From Nitrosopumilus sp. (lineage in GTDB: Archaea; Thermoproteota; Nitrososphaeria; Nitrososphaerales; Nitrosopumilaceae): DNA of 64,000 nucleotides. The stretch is from assembly GCA_965207445.1 (NCBI GenBank), contig CBDBLX010000002.1, forward strand, positions 192,001 through 256,000. Direction: 5' to 3'. Position numbers and translations under genes: made by a program. The notes beneath the pieces are model-generated. The model was not told the DNA's origin and did no database searches. It saw nothing but the letters and a program-made list of their open reading frames with translations. Of this stretch, positions 49,929 through 61,345 are shown piece by piece (within the stretch, counting starts at the first letter, position 1; each line of letters begins with the position of its first letter).

Positions 49929-50459
49929 ATGATTGTTATGGTACATGGTCTTTTGATAGGACGGTTTCAGCCATTTCATCTTGGACATCTTGCAGCATTA
50001 AAATTTGCATTAAATATGGTAGACTGTCTCTTTATAGGAATAGGCAGCTCTAACAAGCCAATTGAGGCCAAAAATCCATTTACTGCTTCTGAGCGCAAAG
50101 AAATGATTACTTTATCTCTTGAGCAGAATTCACTCTCTCGTATCTCCATATATGAGATACCTGATGTTAATAATCATGTAAAGTGGTTGAGTGTAATAGA
50201 CGAAATAGTACCTTCATTTAAGATGGTCTTTACAAACGATGATTTAACTCATCATCTCTACTCTCGCAGAACCGATGTTAAAACACTCAACATTCCATTC
50301 TCTAATCGTGAACAGTTATCAGGTACACGAATCAGATATTTGATAAAAAGAGATGCATTACAGAACTCTGGAGAACAAAGTTGGCGAGATTTGGTCCCAT
50401 CTGGAACTCTTAGTGTGCTCAACAAGTGTGATGTTCTCTCAAGGTTCTCAAATCTCTAA
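49929..50459 (+). CDS. Nicotinamide-nucleotide adenylyltransferase
   Basis: GRFQPFHLGH, NPFT, SGTRIR. Confidence 0.93.
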   Translation: MIVMVHGLLIGRFQPFHLGHLAALKFALNMVDCLFIGIGSSNKPIEAKNPFTASERKEMITLSLEQNSLSRISIYEIPDVNNHVKWLSVIDEIVPSFKMVFTNDDLTHHLYSRRTDVKTLNIPFSNREQLSGTRIRYLIKRDALQNSGEQSWRDLVPSGTLSVLNKCDVLSRFSNL

Positions 50460-50493
50460 TTATAAATAAAGCACATTTGTATAATAATCAAAT

Positions 50494-51639
50494 ATGGAAT
50501 ATTTGGCAATGCTCCCTGGACCTACAAATGTCCCAAATAGGGTGATGAGGGCTATGCTTGCACCTGTGATTAATCATCGCAGTGACGATTTTGTCAAACT
50601 ATACACTGATGTTGTTGAAAAGACACAACAGGTATTTGAGACGACTAATGATGTGGTCGCATTGTCATCATCTGGAACAGGTGCTGTTGAGGCAGGAGTC
50701 ATTAATTTGGTTAAAAAAGGTGACAAGGTTATCATCCCTGTTAATGGTGAGTTCTCAAACAGACTTGCTCAATTAATAGAAGGGCAAGGTGCCAATACTA
50801 TCAGACTCGAGACACCACCTGGCCAAAATGCTACCTTTGAGCAAGTAAAAGAGGCATTTGATAACAATTCTGATGTAAAAGCATTTTATGTTGTACATAA
50901 TGAGACATCTACTGGCACTATGGTCAAATACTTGGATAGAGTATCTGATTTGACGTCTCGAAATGACACGTTTTACGTGGTTGATTCTGTATCATTGCTT
51001 GGTGGCGCAGAACTACCAGTTGACAAGTGGAATGTGGATATCTGTATGACTGGCGCTCAAAAGGCAATTGCAGCACCTCCCGGCATATCTCCTATCTCAA
51101 TAAGCCCAAGGGCCAAAAAGTATATGATCGAGAACCCTCCAAATACAATGTACTTTAATCTGGCACGATATTTCAAATATTATGAAGAGTCAAAGCATAC
51201 ACCATTTACACCTGCACTGCCGTTGATGTATGCGTATAGAGAAGCACTTACAATTCTATTAGAAGAGGGACTCTCAAATGTATTTAGGCGTCACAAGATA
51301 TGCTCTGATGCTTTGTACTCTGGTTTGAGTGCAATCGGACTGAGTCCCTTTGCCAAAGAGGAAGACCGCTCAATATCTATTGTAGCCTTGAATTATCTAG
51401 AGGGCTTGGAGGACAAGACTTTTCGCAATACTCTTGCAGAAAAATTCAGAGTACTTGTAGCAGGTGGTTTTGGGGATCTCAAGGGTAAGGTATTTCGAGT
51501 TGGCTGTATGGGTGAGGTTGGACCTTATCATGTTATGCGTACAGTATCTGCAATATCATCCACACTTGCGATGATGGGATATGATACTGACCCGCAAGCT
51601 GGATTGAGTGCTGCACAAAAAATACTGCAGACACTATGA
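50494..51639 (+). CDS. Class V aminotransferase (serine-pyruvate/alanine-glyoxylate type)
   Basis: PGPT, HNETSTG, GAQKAIAAPPG, FRVGCMG. Confidence 0.92.
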   Translation: MEYLAMLPGPTNVPNRVMRAMLAPVINHRSDDFVKLYTDVVEKTQQVFETTNDVVALSSSGTGAVEAGVINLVKKGDKVIIPVNGEFSNRLAQLIEGQGANTIRLETPPGQNATFEQVKEAFDNNSDVKAFYVVHNETSTGTMVKYLDRVSDLTSRNDTFYVVDSVSLLGGAELPVDKWNVDICMTGAQKAIAAPPGISPISISPRAKKYMIENPPNTMYFNLARYFKYYEESKHTPFTPALPLMYAYREALTILLEEGLSNVFRRHKICSDALYSGLSAIGLSPFAKEEDRSISIVALNYLEGLEDKTFRNTLAEKFRVLVAGGFGDLKGKVFRVGCMGEVGPYHVMRTVSAISSTLAMMGYDTDPQAGLSAAQKILQTL

Positions 51640-51731
51640 GTATTGTAATTGTGATCTTTGGTGATAATTGCCGTACAGTGGCAATGATGTATCGTTAATC
51701 TTATTGTGCGTTTGATTTAATATGTGGAAAT

Positions 51732-52940
51732 TTGACACTAGTCGCATTGAGTTTTGAGAAAGGATCTTTGATCTATGTCGAATATACAGCAAGTTTACAG
51801 TCCGATGGCAAGGTAATTGAGACTACTAATCAGACTACTGCACAAGCTCACTCTATATATGACGAAGAGGCACGATACGGCAAAAAACTTGTATCAATAA
51901 AGGAGATCAATTATCCGGTACTTGATGCATTGGCAAATGAACTATTAACTATGTCAGTTGGAGAACAACGACTCATTGAGATTCCACCTGAGCGCGCCTG
52001 GGGTACACGTGATCCTAAAAAGATACGCATGTATTCAATAAGAAAACTTGGCAAAGATGCTGAGAAATACTCTGTAGGAGATGCAGTAGAGATAGAAAAT
52101 AAAACTGGTATAATCCGATTTATAAGCTCTGGACGAGTGCAGGTGGACTTTAACCACGAGTACGCTGGTAAGACGTTGATTTATGATGTTATAGTTAGAG
52201 AACACCTGATAACTGATGATGAAAAGATCAAAGCAATTCTGCGTACAAAACTAGCTGATAGTGGTGATGTGGAGCATGACCTAGACGACGATAATAATGA
52301 ACTTTTTGTCTCCCTTATTGGCGATGTGCTGTCCTTGCCAAATTTACAATCTGCAAAACGTCTTGTTGTACGTGATCTGTTTAAATTTATACCAAATCTG
52401 CACCTTATTAATTTCTTAGAAGGCTACACAAATCCATCAACACAAGGTGTACTCAATAATGCTTCTTCTATTTCAGACCAACTGTCCTCTTTGGATATGG
52501 GTAGTGATGATGATGATGATGAAGAAGAAGAAATTGATGATATCACTGATGGTGAAGTAGACCCGTACGTTGATGATGCTGATGATGATGATGCACTTGT
52601 TTCTGATGAACAGACAGATGTGCATGATAAAACTGATTCTAGTGTTGGTGGTAATGATGATGGTAGTGATAATGATGATGGTAGTGATAATGATGGTGGT
52701 GATAAAGCATATGAAGAAAATGATAACGAGGATAGTACTGAACATTCGATCTTTAATGATCAAAAAAACATTAATGATAATGTGGATGCTGACTTTGAAT
52801 CAATTATGGATGACAGCGACAACAACAGCGACAACAACAGCGACAACAACAGCGACAACAACAGCGACAACAACAGCGACAACAACAGCGACAACAACAG
52901 CGACACAAAAACAACAGACACAAACAACACCCAAAACTAA
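51732..52940 (+). CDS. FKBP-type PPIase with long acidic low-complexity tail
   Basis: IPPERAWG, VDFNHEYAGKTL; Asp/Asn-rich C-terminus. Confidence 0.88.
   Translation: MTLVALSFEKGSLIYVEYTASLQSDGKVIETTNQTTAQAHSIYDEEARYGKKLVSIKEINYPVLDALANELLTMSVGEQRLIEIPPERAWGTRDPKKIRMYSIRKLGKDAEKYSVGDAVEIENKTGIIRFISSGRVQVDFNHEYAGKTLIYDVIVREHLITDDEKIKAILRTKLADSGDVEHDLDDDNNELFVSLIGDVLSLPNLQSAKRLVVRDLFKFIPNLHLINFLEGYTNPSTQGVLNNASSISDQLSSLDMGSDDDDDEEEEIDDITDGEVDPYVDDADDDDALVSDEQTDVHDKTDSSVGGNDDGSDNDDGSDNDGGDKAYEENDNEDSTEHSIFNDQKNINDNVDADFESIMDDSDNNSDNNSDNNSDNNSDNNSDNNSDNNSDTKTTDTNNTQN
52815..52904 (+). repeat. Perfect 12-bp tandem repeat (AGCGACAACAAC)x7.5, coding SDNN
   Basis: Directly visible. Confidence 0.95.
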
Positions 52941-53078
52941 CATATTACTATACAACTAACAAAAACTAACTATACCTTAATTGAGCATACACAGTAATTT
53001 TTTTACCTTTATACTATCAAAAAATGCTTGAAACAAAGTTATTAAAAGGCTAAAATACACTGGCAAATAGGTGATTTT

Positions 53079-53717
53079 TTGTCACGAAATAGTATTGAAA
53101 ACAAGATATTACATGGAACCACGACTGTTGGCATACGTGCAAGCGATGGGATAGTTTTATGCGCCGATATGCGCGCCTCTGCTGGCTACTTTATTGCAAA
53201 CAATAACACAATGAAGATACAAAAAATAGATGACCATGCAGGTTTGACCCTTGCAGGTGGTGTTGCTGATGCTCAAAACATAGTTGACATACTACGATAT
53301 CATGCTGGATTGCACAAAGTTGAAAAGGGTGGATTTATCAGTATACATTCACTTGCACGACTATGTTCTCTGATATTTCATCAGAACCGTGGTTATCCAT
53401 TTATCGCAGATATATTGGTAGGGGGATATGATGATGAACAAGGCCCTGCTTTATTTAACATTGATATGTTTGGCTCAGTTGAACCAAAGTCCTATGTCAC
53501 AACAGGTAGTGGCTCTCCTGTAGCATATGGGCTCTTGGAAGCAGAATATTCAAAAGATATTACCGTATCTGAAGCAAAAGAAGTTGCTCTTCGTGCAGTC
53601 AAAGCAGCAATCGTTAGAAATATCGGGACCGGTGATGGTATCAACGTGGCTGTAGTTGACCAAAATGGATTCAAACTTTTGACAGATGAACAAAAGAAAT
53701 CAGTAATTAAACTCTAG
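53079..53717 (+). CDS. psmB: Proteasome subunit beta
   Basis: HG-TTTVG, GSGS. Confidence 0.96.
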   Translation: MSRNSIENKILHGTTTVGIRASDGIVLCADMRASAGYFIANNNTMKIQKIDDHAGLTLAGGVADAQNIVDILRYHAGLHKVEKGGFISIHSLARLCSLIFHQNRGYPFIADILVGGYDDEQGPALFNIDMFGSVEPKSYVTTGSGSPVAYGLLEAEYSKDITVSEAKEVALRAVKAAIVRNIGTGDGINVAVVDQNGFKLLTDEQKKSVIKL

Positions 53718-53724
53718 TGATATA

Positions 53725-55683
53725 ATGCAAAAAAAACAAATGTCGACACCACCTCTATCAACAAGTGGTCCTCCACCTGACACACAAAGCGTAATGGCCA
53801 TCATATTGCAAAATATACCAAAAGAGGCCAACGTCACAAAGATCGAGTATGAGGGGCCCCGTATTGCACTATACTCTAATACGCCTAGATTTTTGTTAGA
53901 ACACAACGAACGTATAGCGCGCCTAGTTAACATTATCAAAAAACGCATCGTTGTTAGAACATCAGAATCTATTCGCAAAAGCGAAGATGAAGCTCGTAAA
54001 TTAATTGCCAAATATGTGCCACAAGAAGCAGGATTACAAGGTGCCATTTTTGATACCACAACAGGTGAAGTCTCAATTGAGGCAAAGAGGCCGTGGATCT
54101 TGCAACGAAAGTCAGATGATTTTAATCAATTTGATCTTATAGATAAGATTGGGTGGCGTCTTCGTATACGCAAATCCACTACATTACCATCACGAACCAT
54201 TCAGATGATAAATGCCACATTAAAACAATCATCTGCTGAGCGTAGTAAACAGTTCAAGCAGGTGGGTGATGAGATATTTCGGCCCCGACTATCACAGCGC
54301 ACAGAAGTATCTCTGTATACGTTAGGTGGCTTTGGCCAAGTGGGGCGCTCTTGCATGTTATTATCTACACAAGAAAGCAAGATACTAGTTGACTGTGGAA
54401 TAAATCCTGGTGCGCGTTTGGCAGCAGATGCGTATCCGAGACTTGACTCACTGAACCTCACACTAGGTGACTTGGATGCAGTTGTAATTGGTCATGCACA
54501 TCTTGATCATACTGGATTTTTACCTGTCTTGTGCAAATATGGATACAAGGGACCAATCTATTGCACTGAACCTACACTACCTATGATGAATCTTATACAG
54601 CTTGATGCCATAAAGGTGGCCACGGCCCAAGGAAGAGTGCCCATATATGCTGAGCGTGATGTAAAGCAGGTAATGCGGCAATCAATTACATTACCATACG
54701 GGACGGTAACTGATATATCCCCTGATATCAAGTTGATATTTGCAAATGCTGGACACATATTAGGCTCTGCTCTGTGTCATTTTCACATTGGAAATGGAGA
54801 ACACAACTTTGTGTATTCTGGTGATATAAAATTTGGAAAGTCTATACTCTTTGAGGCAGCAGACTTTAGGTTCCCGCGTGTTGAGACTTTGTTAATTGAG
54901 AGCACATATGGACTGCGAGAGGATATACAACCAAGTAGACAAGAGGTAGAGTCAGCATTCATCAATGCTGTAAACAATACACTTGCAGACGGTGGTAAGA
55001 TATTGATCCCAATTCCTGCTGTAGGACGTGCTCAAGAGATCATGATGGTAATTGATCATTATATGAAGTCTGGTGAGATGATAGAAGCACCCGTGTTTAC
55101 AGAAGGTATGATATCAGAAGCATCTGCTATACACGAGTCGTATCCTGAATATTTGGCACGTGAGTTAAAACAAAAGATACTAGAGACTGACGATAATCCA
55201 TTTGACTCTGAATACTTTACAAATATTGAACATGCAGATGACAGAGAAGAGCCGTTGCGTGAGGACTCTCCGTGTATAGTACTTGCCACTTCTGGTATGT
55301 TGGAAGGTGGGCCTGTCTTGGAATACTTTAGGAATATTGCACCACATGAAAACAACAAACTATTGTTTGTATCATATCAGGTGAATGGTACGATGGGTAG
55401 ACGTGTTCTTGATGGCTCACGACAAGTGACGATGGCAGGCAAGGCAGGCAAAGTCGAGGTTGTAACTGTTAACTGTGCAGTCGAGAAACTAGATGGGTTT
55501 AGTGGGCACAGTGATTATAATCAACTAATGGCGTTTGTACAAAGGATGCGCCCCAAGATCAGACGTGTGCTTGTAAATCACGGCGAACGTAAAAAATCAG
55601 ATAGTCTGACAGTTAACATACGTCGTAACTTTAGAGTAGCTGCTCATAATCCACAGATACAAGAAGCAATAAAGCTATTTTAG
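53725..55683 (+). CDS. fttA: Beta-CASP ribonuclease aCPSF1 (FttA)
   Basis: KH domains, HAHLDH, AGHILGS, FSGHSD. Confidence 0.95.
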   Translation: MQKKQMSTPPLSTSGPPPDTQSVMAIILQNIPKEANVTKIEYEGPRIALYSNTPRFLLEHNERIARLVNIIKKRIVVRTSESIRKSEDEARKLIAKYVPQEAGLQGAIFDTTTGEVSIEAKRPWILQRKSDDFNQFDLIDKIGWRLRIRKSTTLPSRTIQMINATLKQSSAERSKQFKQVGDEIFRPRLSQRTEVSLYTLGGFGQVGRSCMLLSTQESKILVDCGINPGARLAADAYPRLDSLNLTLGDLDAVVIGHAHLDHTGFLPVLCKYGYKGPIYCTEPTLPMMNLIQLDAIKVATAQGRVPIYAERDVKQVMRQSITLPYGTVTDISPDIKLIFANAGHILGSALCHFHIGNGEHNFVYSGDIKFGKSILFEAADFRFPRVETLLIESTYGLREDIQPSRQEVESAFINAVNNTLADGGKILIPIPAVGRAQEIMMVIDHYMKSGEMIEAPVFTEGMISEASAIHESYPEYLARELKQKILETDDNPFDSEYFTNIEHADDREEPLREDSPCIVLATSGMLEGGPVLEYFRNIAPHENNKLLFVSYQVNGTMGRRVLDGSRQVTMAGKAGKVEVVTVNCAVEKLDGFSGHSDYNQLMAFVQRMRPKIRRVLVNHGERKKSDSLTVNIRRNFRVAAHNPQIQEAIKLF

Positions 55684-55962
55684 GTCATACTGAGGCTTCC
55701 ATATCTTGATGTTTGAGGGTGCTATAATGATACGCTCTTCCCCTAACCTTGCAATGTCTGCATTGTGTGCTTTGGCAGTTGTGTATATTGCATCTATGAT
55801 CTCTCGGAGCTTTCCTACATCCTTTTGTGCTAGAGGTGTGACTCGAAGTATCAATATGATATTCTTTTTAATGTCCTCTTTGATTGCATGAATGTCACTT
55901 GGATCCTTGAGACTCATTGCCTTTATGTAGGTGGGATTGTTCTGTTTTTGCACACTATTCAT
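55675..55962 (-). CDS. sepF: SepF-like (DUF552) protein
   Basis: ILILRVTPL...DIARLGEERIIIAP. Confidence 0.82.
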   Translation of the reverse strand: MNSVQKQNNPTYIKAMSLKDPSDIHAIKEDIKKNIILILRVTPLAQKDVGKLREIIDAIYTTAKAHNADIARLGEERIIIAPSNIKIWKPQYDLK

Positions 55963-56001
55963 GTCCCTTGCTGTGTAAACACTTTCTATAATTGTTGTGT
56001 T

Positions 56002-57153
56002 TTAGAGAATCTTGAATTTTATGTATGATTCTTCAGTAGCTGGTGTTGCTTGTATATGTTGTATTGTATGGTTGCCATCTTTACCCCCCCCTACATGCTT
56101 GACTGTTACAGTATATGTTGTGGTAATGTTCTTTGGGGCATCGGAATATCGAAGGGTAATTGATGCAGTGAATTTGATAATATCATCTTGAATTTTACTA
56201 CTGCTACGTATTATCGACACAGGTCCCGTAAAGTCTTTTGCTTCTAGTAATATGTCCCCTGGCAGTGCTATTGCTTCGATGAGATCATTTTCATCTTTGT
56301 TTCTACCCACCACCATTTTGGTTTGCTCATCGAATCTAAAGTGTCTACCTACTTTTAACAAGTCAATGTCATTTATGGTAGGCATCTCTGTGTGATCAAA
56401 CAGATCCTTTGCTTTTATACCAAATTGTGGTTCTGTTAGCAAGCAACCACCGCCTGCATTGGGAGGATCTTCAATGTTAAACTCTTTTGCCATCTGGAGT
56501 TGGGTACGTCTTGTTCGCCCTCTTATCTTTCCCATGTCTTCTCGTTTGATGAGTCCCTCTATCTCTGGATCGGTCTTTGGCAACAGCGCTGCTGAAAGTG
56601 GTCTTACTATCTTACCTTGTAGTTGAGACTCTTTTTCTATTGTGCGTAGTGCAGGTCCATGTTGACTCATAGGGCGCTGTCCTAGTACCTCACCTGATAT
56701 CACAAACTCAGCACCAATCTCATTCATATGCTCTTTGGCAGCATCAAACATCATGGAACGGCAGTCAATACATGGGTTAAACCCCGCACCTCTCCCATAT
56801 TTGGGGCTCTTTAACATCTTGATGTATTCGTCTCCGAGATACACTGTCTTTAGGTTTATTCCAAGATCATCTGCCCTCTCTCTGATCTCAAAACCACACC
56901 CCCTCCCGCAATCAAAGTCACAAAATGGTGTCTTAATTGCCACAGCAGATACCTCAAAGCCTTGCTTTTGCATCATTTTAACTGCAAGTTGACTATCAAG
57001 TCCACCTGAGAGTAGAGCCACTACCTTTTTCTTTTCTTTATTGCTGTTGCTATTATCATTATCATGATCACTATAATTATGATCACTATAATTATTATCG
57101 TTGCTCTGTTCACTGTTTGTAGCTGGCATCACATCTGGCATCACATCTGACAT
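56002..57153 (-). CDS. ThiI/PP-loop tRNA thiolation-family protein with DUF814-like C-terminus
   Basis: SGGLDS, PCIDC, GEVLGQRPMSQ, GGCLLT, VGRNKDEN. Confidence 0.85.
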   Translation of the reverse strand: MSDVMPDVMPATNSEQSNDNNYSDHNYSDHDNDNSNSNKEKKKVVALLSGGLDSQLAVKMMQKQGFEVSAVAIKTPFCDFDCGRGCGFEIRERADDLGINLKTVYLGDEYIKMLKSPKYGRGAGFNPCIDCRSMMFDAAKEHMNEIGAEFVISGEVLGQRPMSQHGPALRTIEKESQLQGKIVRPLSAALLPKTDPEIEGLIKREDMGKIRGRTRRTQLQMAKEFNIEDPPNAGGGCLLTEPQFGIKAKDLFDHTEMPTINDIDLLKVGRHFRFDEQTKMVVGRNKDENDLIEAIALPGDILLEAKDFTGPVSIIRSSSKIQDDIIKFTASITLRYSDAPKNITTTYTVTVKHVGGGKDGNHTIQHIQATPATEESYIKFKIL

Positions 57154-57359
57154 GTACTAGCATGATTTGTGTCCTTTATACAAGCTTTGAAATGTGTATT
57201 TTTTTCAGATAATAGTTAATACAGAGAGCTACCTTTGATTCAAATCCAAACTCTTATTCACGCCAAACAATACCAAAAAAATCTAATTGTAAACTATGGT
57301 TTTAACATGATGAGGGATAAAATACAAGATTAATACCATTCAATATTTGCATACCATAC

Positions 57360-58439
57360 ATGAACAAACGAGATCAAATTCTTTTAAATCATGCAGACAA
57401 AATTAACTGTGATACACTAGTCGCATTCAAACCAGAGAACATATTTTACATGACAGGTTTTTGGGGGGAAGCAGTTGCCATACTGCACAAAGGACACCCT
57501 ACTGTGATTGTGGCACCTGAATTAGAAGTATCTAGAGCAAAATCAGAATCAAAGGACTGTGATGTTCTTGTAGCTGAGCGCAGCATGCAAGGATTGTCTA
57601 CAAGCGTCGTCAAGATTCTCAAAGAACGTACCTGCAAAAATATATGCACTGATTGTGACGATTACCAGTCCGTGACATATATGAAGCGTAAATTCCCAAA
57701 AATAAAACAGAATAAAGACACATTTTATTCTGCAAGAATGATCAAAGATGAATCGGAGATACGCACTTTAAAAAAAGCATCTAAAATAATAGATAATCTA
57801 TTTGATATATGCACACACAAACTACACGTGGGCCAAAGAGAGTCAGACATGCAGTCAATTTTAATGGCAGAAGCATCCATGTTAGGTGCATTTGATACTG
57901 GATATGCCTCTACACTAAACCCCCTCATTATTGCAGGTGGTCCCAATGGAGCTCTACCTCACGCTCAAGTATCGCAACGAAAGTTCAAGAAAGGGGATCT
58001 TGTTGTAGTTGATCTAACATTGAGATATGATGGGTATGTATCTGATGCAACTCGAACGTTTGCCATGGGTAATACAAACAATAAAGCACGCATCATATAT
58101 GATATTGTGCACGAGTCCCAAAAGGGTGGACTAGACTCTGTACGCTCAAATGCATCGTGTAAGTCTGTGGATGATGCGTGTCGTTCTTTTATCGACTCTC
58201 GTGGATATGGCAAGTACTTTGTTCACTCTACCGGACACGGCGTCGGACTAGAGGTTCATGAGATGCCTATAATATCACAAAAATCACAGACAAATTTACA
58301 AAAAAATATGGCAATAACTGTTGAGCCGGGGATATATGTTCCTGGTAAGCTTGGTGTTCGAATTGAGGATACGCTTGTTGTGCGTGATAGAAAACCTCTC
58401 ATACTGCATAAATTTACAAAAGAATTGATTCATGTGTAA
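57360..58439 (+). CDS. Xaa-Pro peptidase (M24B)
   Basis: DATRT, HSTGHGVGLEVHE, EPGIY, GVRIED. Confidence 0.93.
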   Translation: MNKRDQILLNHADKINCDTLVAFKPENIFYMTGFWGEAVAILHKGHPTVIVAPELEVSRAKSESKDCDVLVAERSMQGLSTSVVKILKERTCKNICTDCDDYQSVTYMKRKFPKIKQNKDTFYSARMIKDESEIRTLKKASKIIDNLFDICTHKLHVGQRESDMQSILMAEASMLGAFDTGYASTLNPLIIAGGPNGALPHAQVSQRKFKKGDLVVVDLTLRYDGYVSDATRTFAMGNTNNKARIIYDIVHESQKGGLDSVRSNASCKSVDDACRSFIDSRGYGKYFVHSTGHGVGLEVHEMPIISQKSQTNLQKNMAITVEPGIYVPGKLGVRIEDTLVVRDRKPLILHKFTKELIHV

Positions 58440-58475
58440 TATTGTTGTTAATCTGATTATTTATTAAGTTATATT

Positions 58476-59114
58476 TTAATCATAAAAATTCACCAAATCT
58501 ATGATATATTTGGACTTTACATTATCTGAAGTTATTTTACCCGAGTCTGTATTTACTATCCAAAAATATTCTTGATTTCCATCTTTAGAGTTGATATTCA
58601 TTGTAACATTGTATGTGTTTGATGATACATTTGATGATACATTTGATGATACATTTGATGGCGTATTTGATGGTATATTATTGGATGTATCATATATGAC
58701 AATGTCAATTGTTGTCTCTTTTTCACTAAACACTCTGTCACCTAATTCCTCTGTAACCAATTGCGATATGGCTTCTTTGATGGTGTATCCTGTTTCATCT
58801 GGGCCATTATATGACATCAGGGCATCTAGTACAATTTGGTCATCTGCCTCTAGTACTGGTAGTACGTCATCTATACTACCCTTTGTTAATTCTGGTATGA
58901 CAAATATCAAAAAGAGTGCAACTAGTCCCAAGTATATGGGTGCACGTTTTTTGAGAAATGACTTAAAACTTGAATCTGATGATGATGATGATGAGGACAG
59001 CAAATTTTTATCGCTTCTTTTACTATATTCGTCTTGATGTTTTTTATTGCTCTTTTTTCTCTTGTCTCGGGCCATATATGGTATACTTTGTCCCTTGTTA
59101 TCAACGCATCGCAA
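58476..59114 (-). CDS. Hypothetical single-TM protein
   Basis: Basic N-terminus, TM, SNVS 12-bp repeats; the start may be MARDK. Confidence 0.72.
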   Translation of the reverse strand: MRCVDNKGQSIPYMARDKRKKSNKKHQDEYSKRSDKNLLSSSSSSSDSSFKSFLKKRAPIYLGLVALFLIFVIPELTKGSIDDVLPVLEADDQIVLDALMSYNGPDETGYTIKEAISQLVTEELGDRVFSEKETTIDIVIYDTSNNIPSNTPSNVSSNVSSNVSSNTYNVTMNINSKDGNQEYFWIVNTDSGKITSDNVKSKYIIDLVNFYD

Positions 59115-59934
59115 CTAGTACCAGCACTTGCCATGGAAATGTTATGATGCCATTTTCATCAGTGTATGGCTTGGTGTTGCATTTGATCTCTTCTCTGAAT
59201 TTTTTCTTCTTTGTCCTTCCTAGAGCATCAATCTTTTCTTTTAATGGTTTTGAGACATACCTCTGATAATCCCTCCAGTAACTCTCAAATGTACCTGGAC
59301 TATACTCAAAGGTATAATCTTTAATTGCAACATTTGTAAATCCTGCATTATATACTACCTTTTTTAGCTCTTTTTTTGTAGAGTATCTGTCTAATTGAGG
59401 CGTATCTTTTGGTATGTAATCTTTGATGAATTTCTCTGCTGCATCTAATATGGAGCCATAAAATGGTGCCCTGTCTCTGCTACCATGCACCACTATACCT
59501 ATCTTACCTGTTTTCTTGAGGTTGCGTCGCATATTTTTGAGCGCCCTTGTTGCATTAGGAAAAAAGAACAGTCCATACTGGCATGTTATTACATCAAACT
59601 TTGTTGCAAATGCCATATTCTCTGCATCTGCATTTACAAACAGGATGTTGTGTGCATTTTCTTTTTGCGCTATTTTGATTGCTGATATTGACATGTCAGC
59701 TCCCACTACTAGTCCGTTATTTGATGTTGTATGGTTTAGCATTTTTGTGACCATACCTGTTCCACACGCAACATCAAGTATTGTATCGTCTTTGTGTACT
59801 TTGAGATCTTGTAGTAGTTTTTGTGTACTCTGAAGTGGACCGTGCATTTTAGATGCCCACCTTTTGTGGTATCTGGGAGCTAATTCGTTCCATGTGTTCA
59901 TGTTTGATTTTTTGTATGTGTTATGCATGATCAT
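59101..59934 (-). CDS. UbiE-like SAM-dependent methyltransferase
   Basis: LDVACGTG, ADAE, FDVITC. Confidence 0.9.
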   Translation of the reverse strand: MIMHNTYKKSNMNTWNELAPRYHKRWASKMHGPLQSTQKLLQDLKVHKDDTILDVACGTGMVTKMLNHTTSNNGLVVGADMSISAIKIAQKENAHNILFVNADAENMAFATKFDVITCQYGLFFFPNATRALKNMRRNLKKTGKIGIVVHGSRDRAPFYGSILDAAEKFIKDYIPKDTPQLDRYSTKKELKKVVYNAGFTNVAIKDYTFEYSPGTFESYWRDYQRYVSKPLKEKIDALGRTKKKKFREEIKCNTKPYTDENGIITFPWQVLVLVAMR

Positions 59935-61345
59935 TATTCTTGTGATTCTTTATTTTAGAGTACTCTTGTTCTATTGCATTTTTAATGAATTTTACAACAT
60001 GCTCTTTTTTGTGCCAGCCAGACTCTTTTACATCACTTTTTTTGGGACCCGTTATTGTAATTACATTATTCATATTAGGATTTTTTTGATATTTTTTGCC
60101 AATGTCATTTGCAATCATCATATCTGCGTGATATTTGGTCATTGCAGTACGTGCAGATCTTATCAGTGATGTGTTTGATACGTTTGCTTCTGCTTTAAAT
60201 CCAACCAAAAATACATCCTTTTGAAGATTTTTTATAGTTGATATTGTCTTTGGTGTCTTTTTGAGGTGAATCATATATTCTGACATGTCACTTTTTATCT
60301 TTGTGTGCTGTTTATGAGTTGATACTGGCGTGTAATCCGATATGGCTGCTGCCATTATAACTATATCAAATCTTCTCTTTTTGAGTTCTGCATGTATTGC
60401 ATTGTGCATTTGTTTGCTTGTCTCTACTTTGATTATCTTGGCGCCTTTGGGTGGTTCGTGTCGTCCTGGACCATATATTATGGTCACCTTGGCTCCTGCT
60501 AATATCATGTGAGATGCTAGTACAACACCTGTCTTACCTGAGCTGTTATTTGTGATCATCCGAACTGAATCGATATACTCTACTGTGGGGCCTGCGCTCA
60601 ATAGTATATGTTTGCCATAAAGAGGTGAGCTTTTTGGAGCAAATTTTGAGATGATCTGTTCTAGTACGTATTCGGGTTCTGGTGCCTTTGCTTTTCCCTC
60701 TATTATCTGGGGGCCAATAAATGTGACTAATTTTTTCTTTTTCTTTTTGCTACCACTATTGTTTTTTTGACTGTTGTCACCATTACTACTACTACCACCA
60801 CCACCATTACCATTACCACCACCAAGAAATTCAATATTTCGTAGCACTGCCGGATTCTCATACATTGACTCGTGCATTGCAGGGCATATCACAATCGGAA
60901 TCTTTGAGCCAAGCGCTACTGTCAATACAGTTGACACGGGAGCATCATCCATACCATTTGCTAGTCTGCCTATGGTATTTGCAGTAGCAGGATACACAAT
61001 CACAATATCAGACCTGTTATAGTCTGCAAGCCTAATGTGCTCTAGATCACCTGTCAGATCTGTTATTACATCATTTCCTGTTGCCCATTTCAGATACGCG
61101 GGTCGAATCAGTCTAGTTGCAGCCTTGCTTGCAACACACGTGACACTAGAACTTCCATGTCTCATCAAAAGTCGTGCTAGCTCGATTGCCTTGTATGCTG
61201 CAACACTTCCTGATATGCATAGTACTATTCTTTTACCACTTAATTCTGTACCACTTGCAGATACAATATCTAAGGATGGATGCTTTTTGTTCTTCACTGT
61301 TGTGTTTAAGATATCTGTTCTCTTTTTATATGTCACTGTAATCAT
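59921..61345 (-). CDS. coaBC: Phosphopantothenoylcysteine decarboxylase/ligase
   Basis: GSVAAYK, PATAN, PAMH, AGPT..N.SSGK, AAISDY, GFKAE. Confidence 0.95.
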   Translation of the reverse strand: MITVTYKKRTDILNTTVKNKKHPSLDIVSASGTELSGKRIVLCISGSVAAYKAIELARLLMRHGSSSVTCVASKAATRLIRPAYLKWATGNDVITDLTGDLEHIRLADYNRSDIVIVYPATANTIGRLANGMDDAPVSTVLTVALGSKIPIVICPAMHESMYENPAVLRNIEFLGGGNGNGGGGSSSNGDNSQKNNSGSKKKKKKLVTFIGPQIIEGKAKAPEPEYVLEQIISKFAPKSSPLYGKHILLSAGPTVEYIDSVRMITNNSSGKTGVVLASHMILAGAKVTIIYGPGRHEPPKGAKIIKVETSKQMHNAIHAELKKRRFDIVIMAAAISDYTPVSTHKQHTKIKSDMSEYMIHLKKTPKTISTIKNLQKDVFLVGFKAEANVSNTSLIRSARTAMTKYHADMMIANDIGKKYQKNPNMNNVITITGPKKSDVKESGWHKKEHVVKFIKNAIEQEYSKIKNHKNNDHA